Origin: a virus
Lineage: Duplodnaviria; Caudoviricetes
DNA: 26,355 bases
Reading direction: 5' to 3' (one strand)
Virus record (IMG/VR): IMGVR_UViG_3300037045_000233
Location: 1 to 26,355 of that record
Part shown: piece by piece, positions 26,248-26,355 of the stretch
Layout of the letters: every line of letters starts with the position of its first letter
How positions within the stretch are numbered: position 1 is the stretch's first letter
Position numbers and translations under genes: made by a program
Notes under the pieces: generated by a model
Seen by the model: the letters and a program-made list of their open reading frames with translations, nothing else
What the model was told of the DNA's origin: nothing
Databases searched by the model: none

Positions 26248-26355
26248 CATTTACTAGGAAAGTTCGTCATTTATTGTTCTATCCTCCAACAATCATTTGT
26301 GAGTTTTATAAAAATTTCTAGAATACCTTATTTAAAACCCCCTCTTTTATGACTT

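Noticed and set aside
26312-26340. Chromosomal dif site (TTTCTAGAA resembles the Bacillus dif left arm)
   Set aside because: The right arm does not follow at the required 6-bp spacing.
26155-26352. 65-aa ORF at the window end
   Set aside because: No RBS, and it runs through the repeats and a terminator-like hairpin.
1-26355. CRISPR array, or genetic code 4 for the window
   Set aside because: No regularly spaced repeat-spacer array. TGA acts as a stop in coupled overlaps (2945, 15415), and the long ORFs read through without TGA recoding.

Overview
AT-rich window read with genetic code 11 (TGA is used as a stop, e.g. in ATGA overlaps). The host is plausibly an Acholeplasmatales/Izemoplasmatales-like or other low-GC Bacillota (inference). 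It opens with the 3' end of a repeat-containing surface protein gene and an IS3 remnant missed by the ORF track. The rest looks like one integrative element with a phage-satellite (PICI-like) layout: tandem large serine recombinases plus a small SHOCT-like ORF, divergent CI/Cro-like regulators, an Xer-like tyrosine recombinase with dif-like sites, an excisionase-like HTH, a DUF4373-type replication initiator with internal iterons, a terminase small subunit homologue and a GC-rich cos-like motif. No large terminase, capsid or tail gene is present in the window. The cargo is a dense defence island: REase-nSTAND3 NTPase; SNF2 helicase-DUF4391-Mod-Res (type III R-M); SIR2-like protein; compact OLD-type ABC-TOPRIM; and several uncharacterised candidate defence genes. 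The right end of the element is not clearly inside the window. All family assignments come from motif recognition, not database searches.
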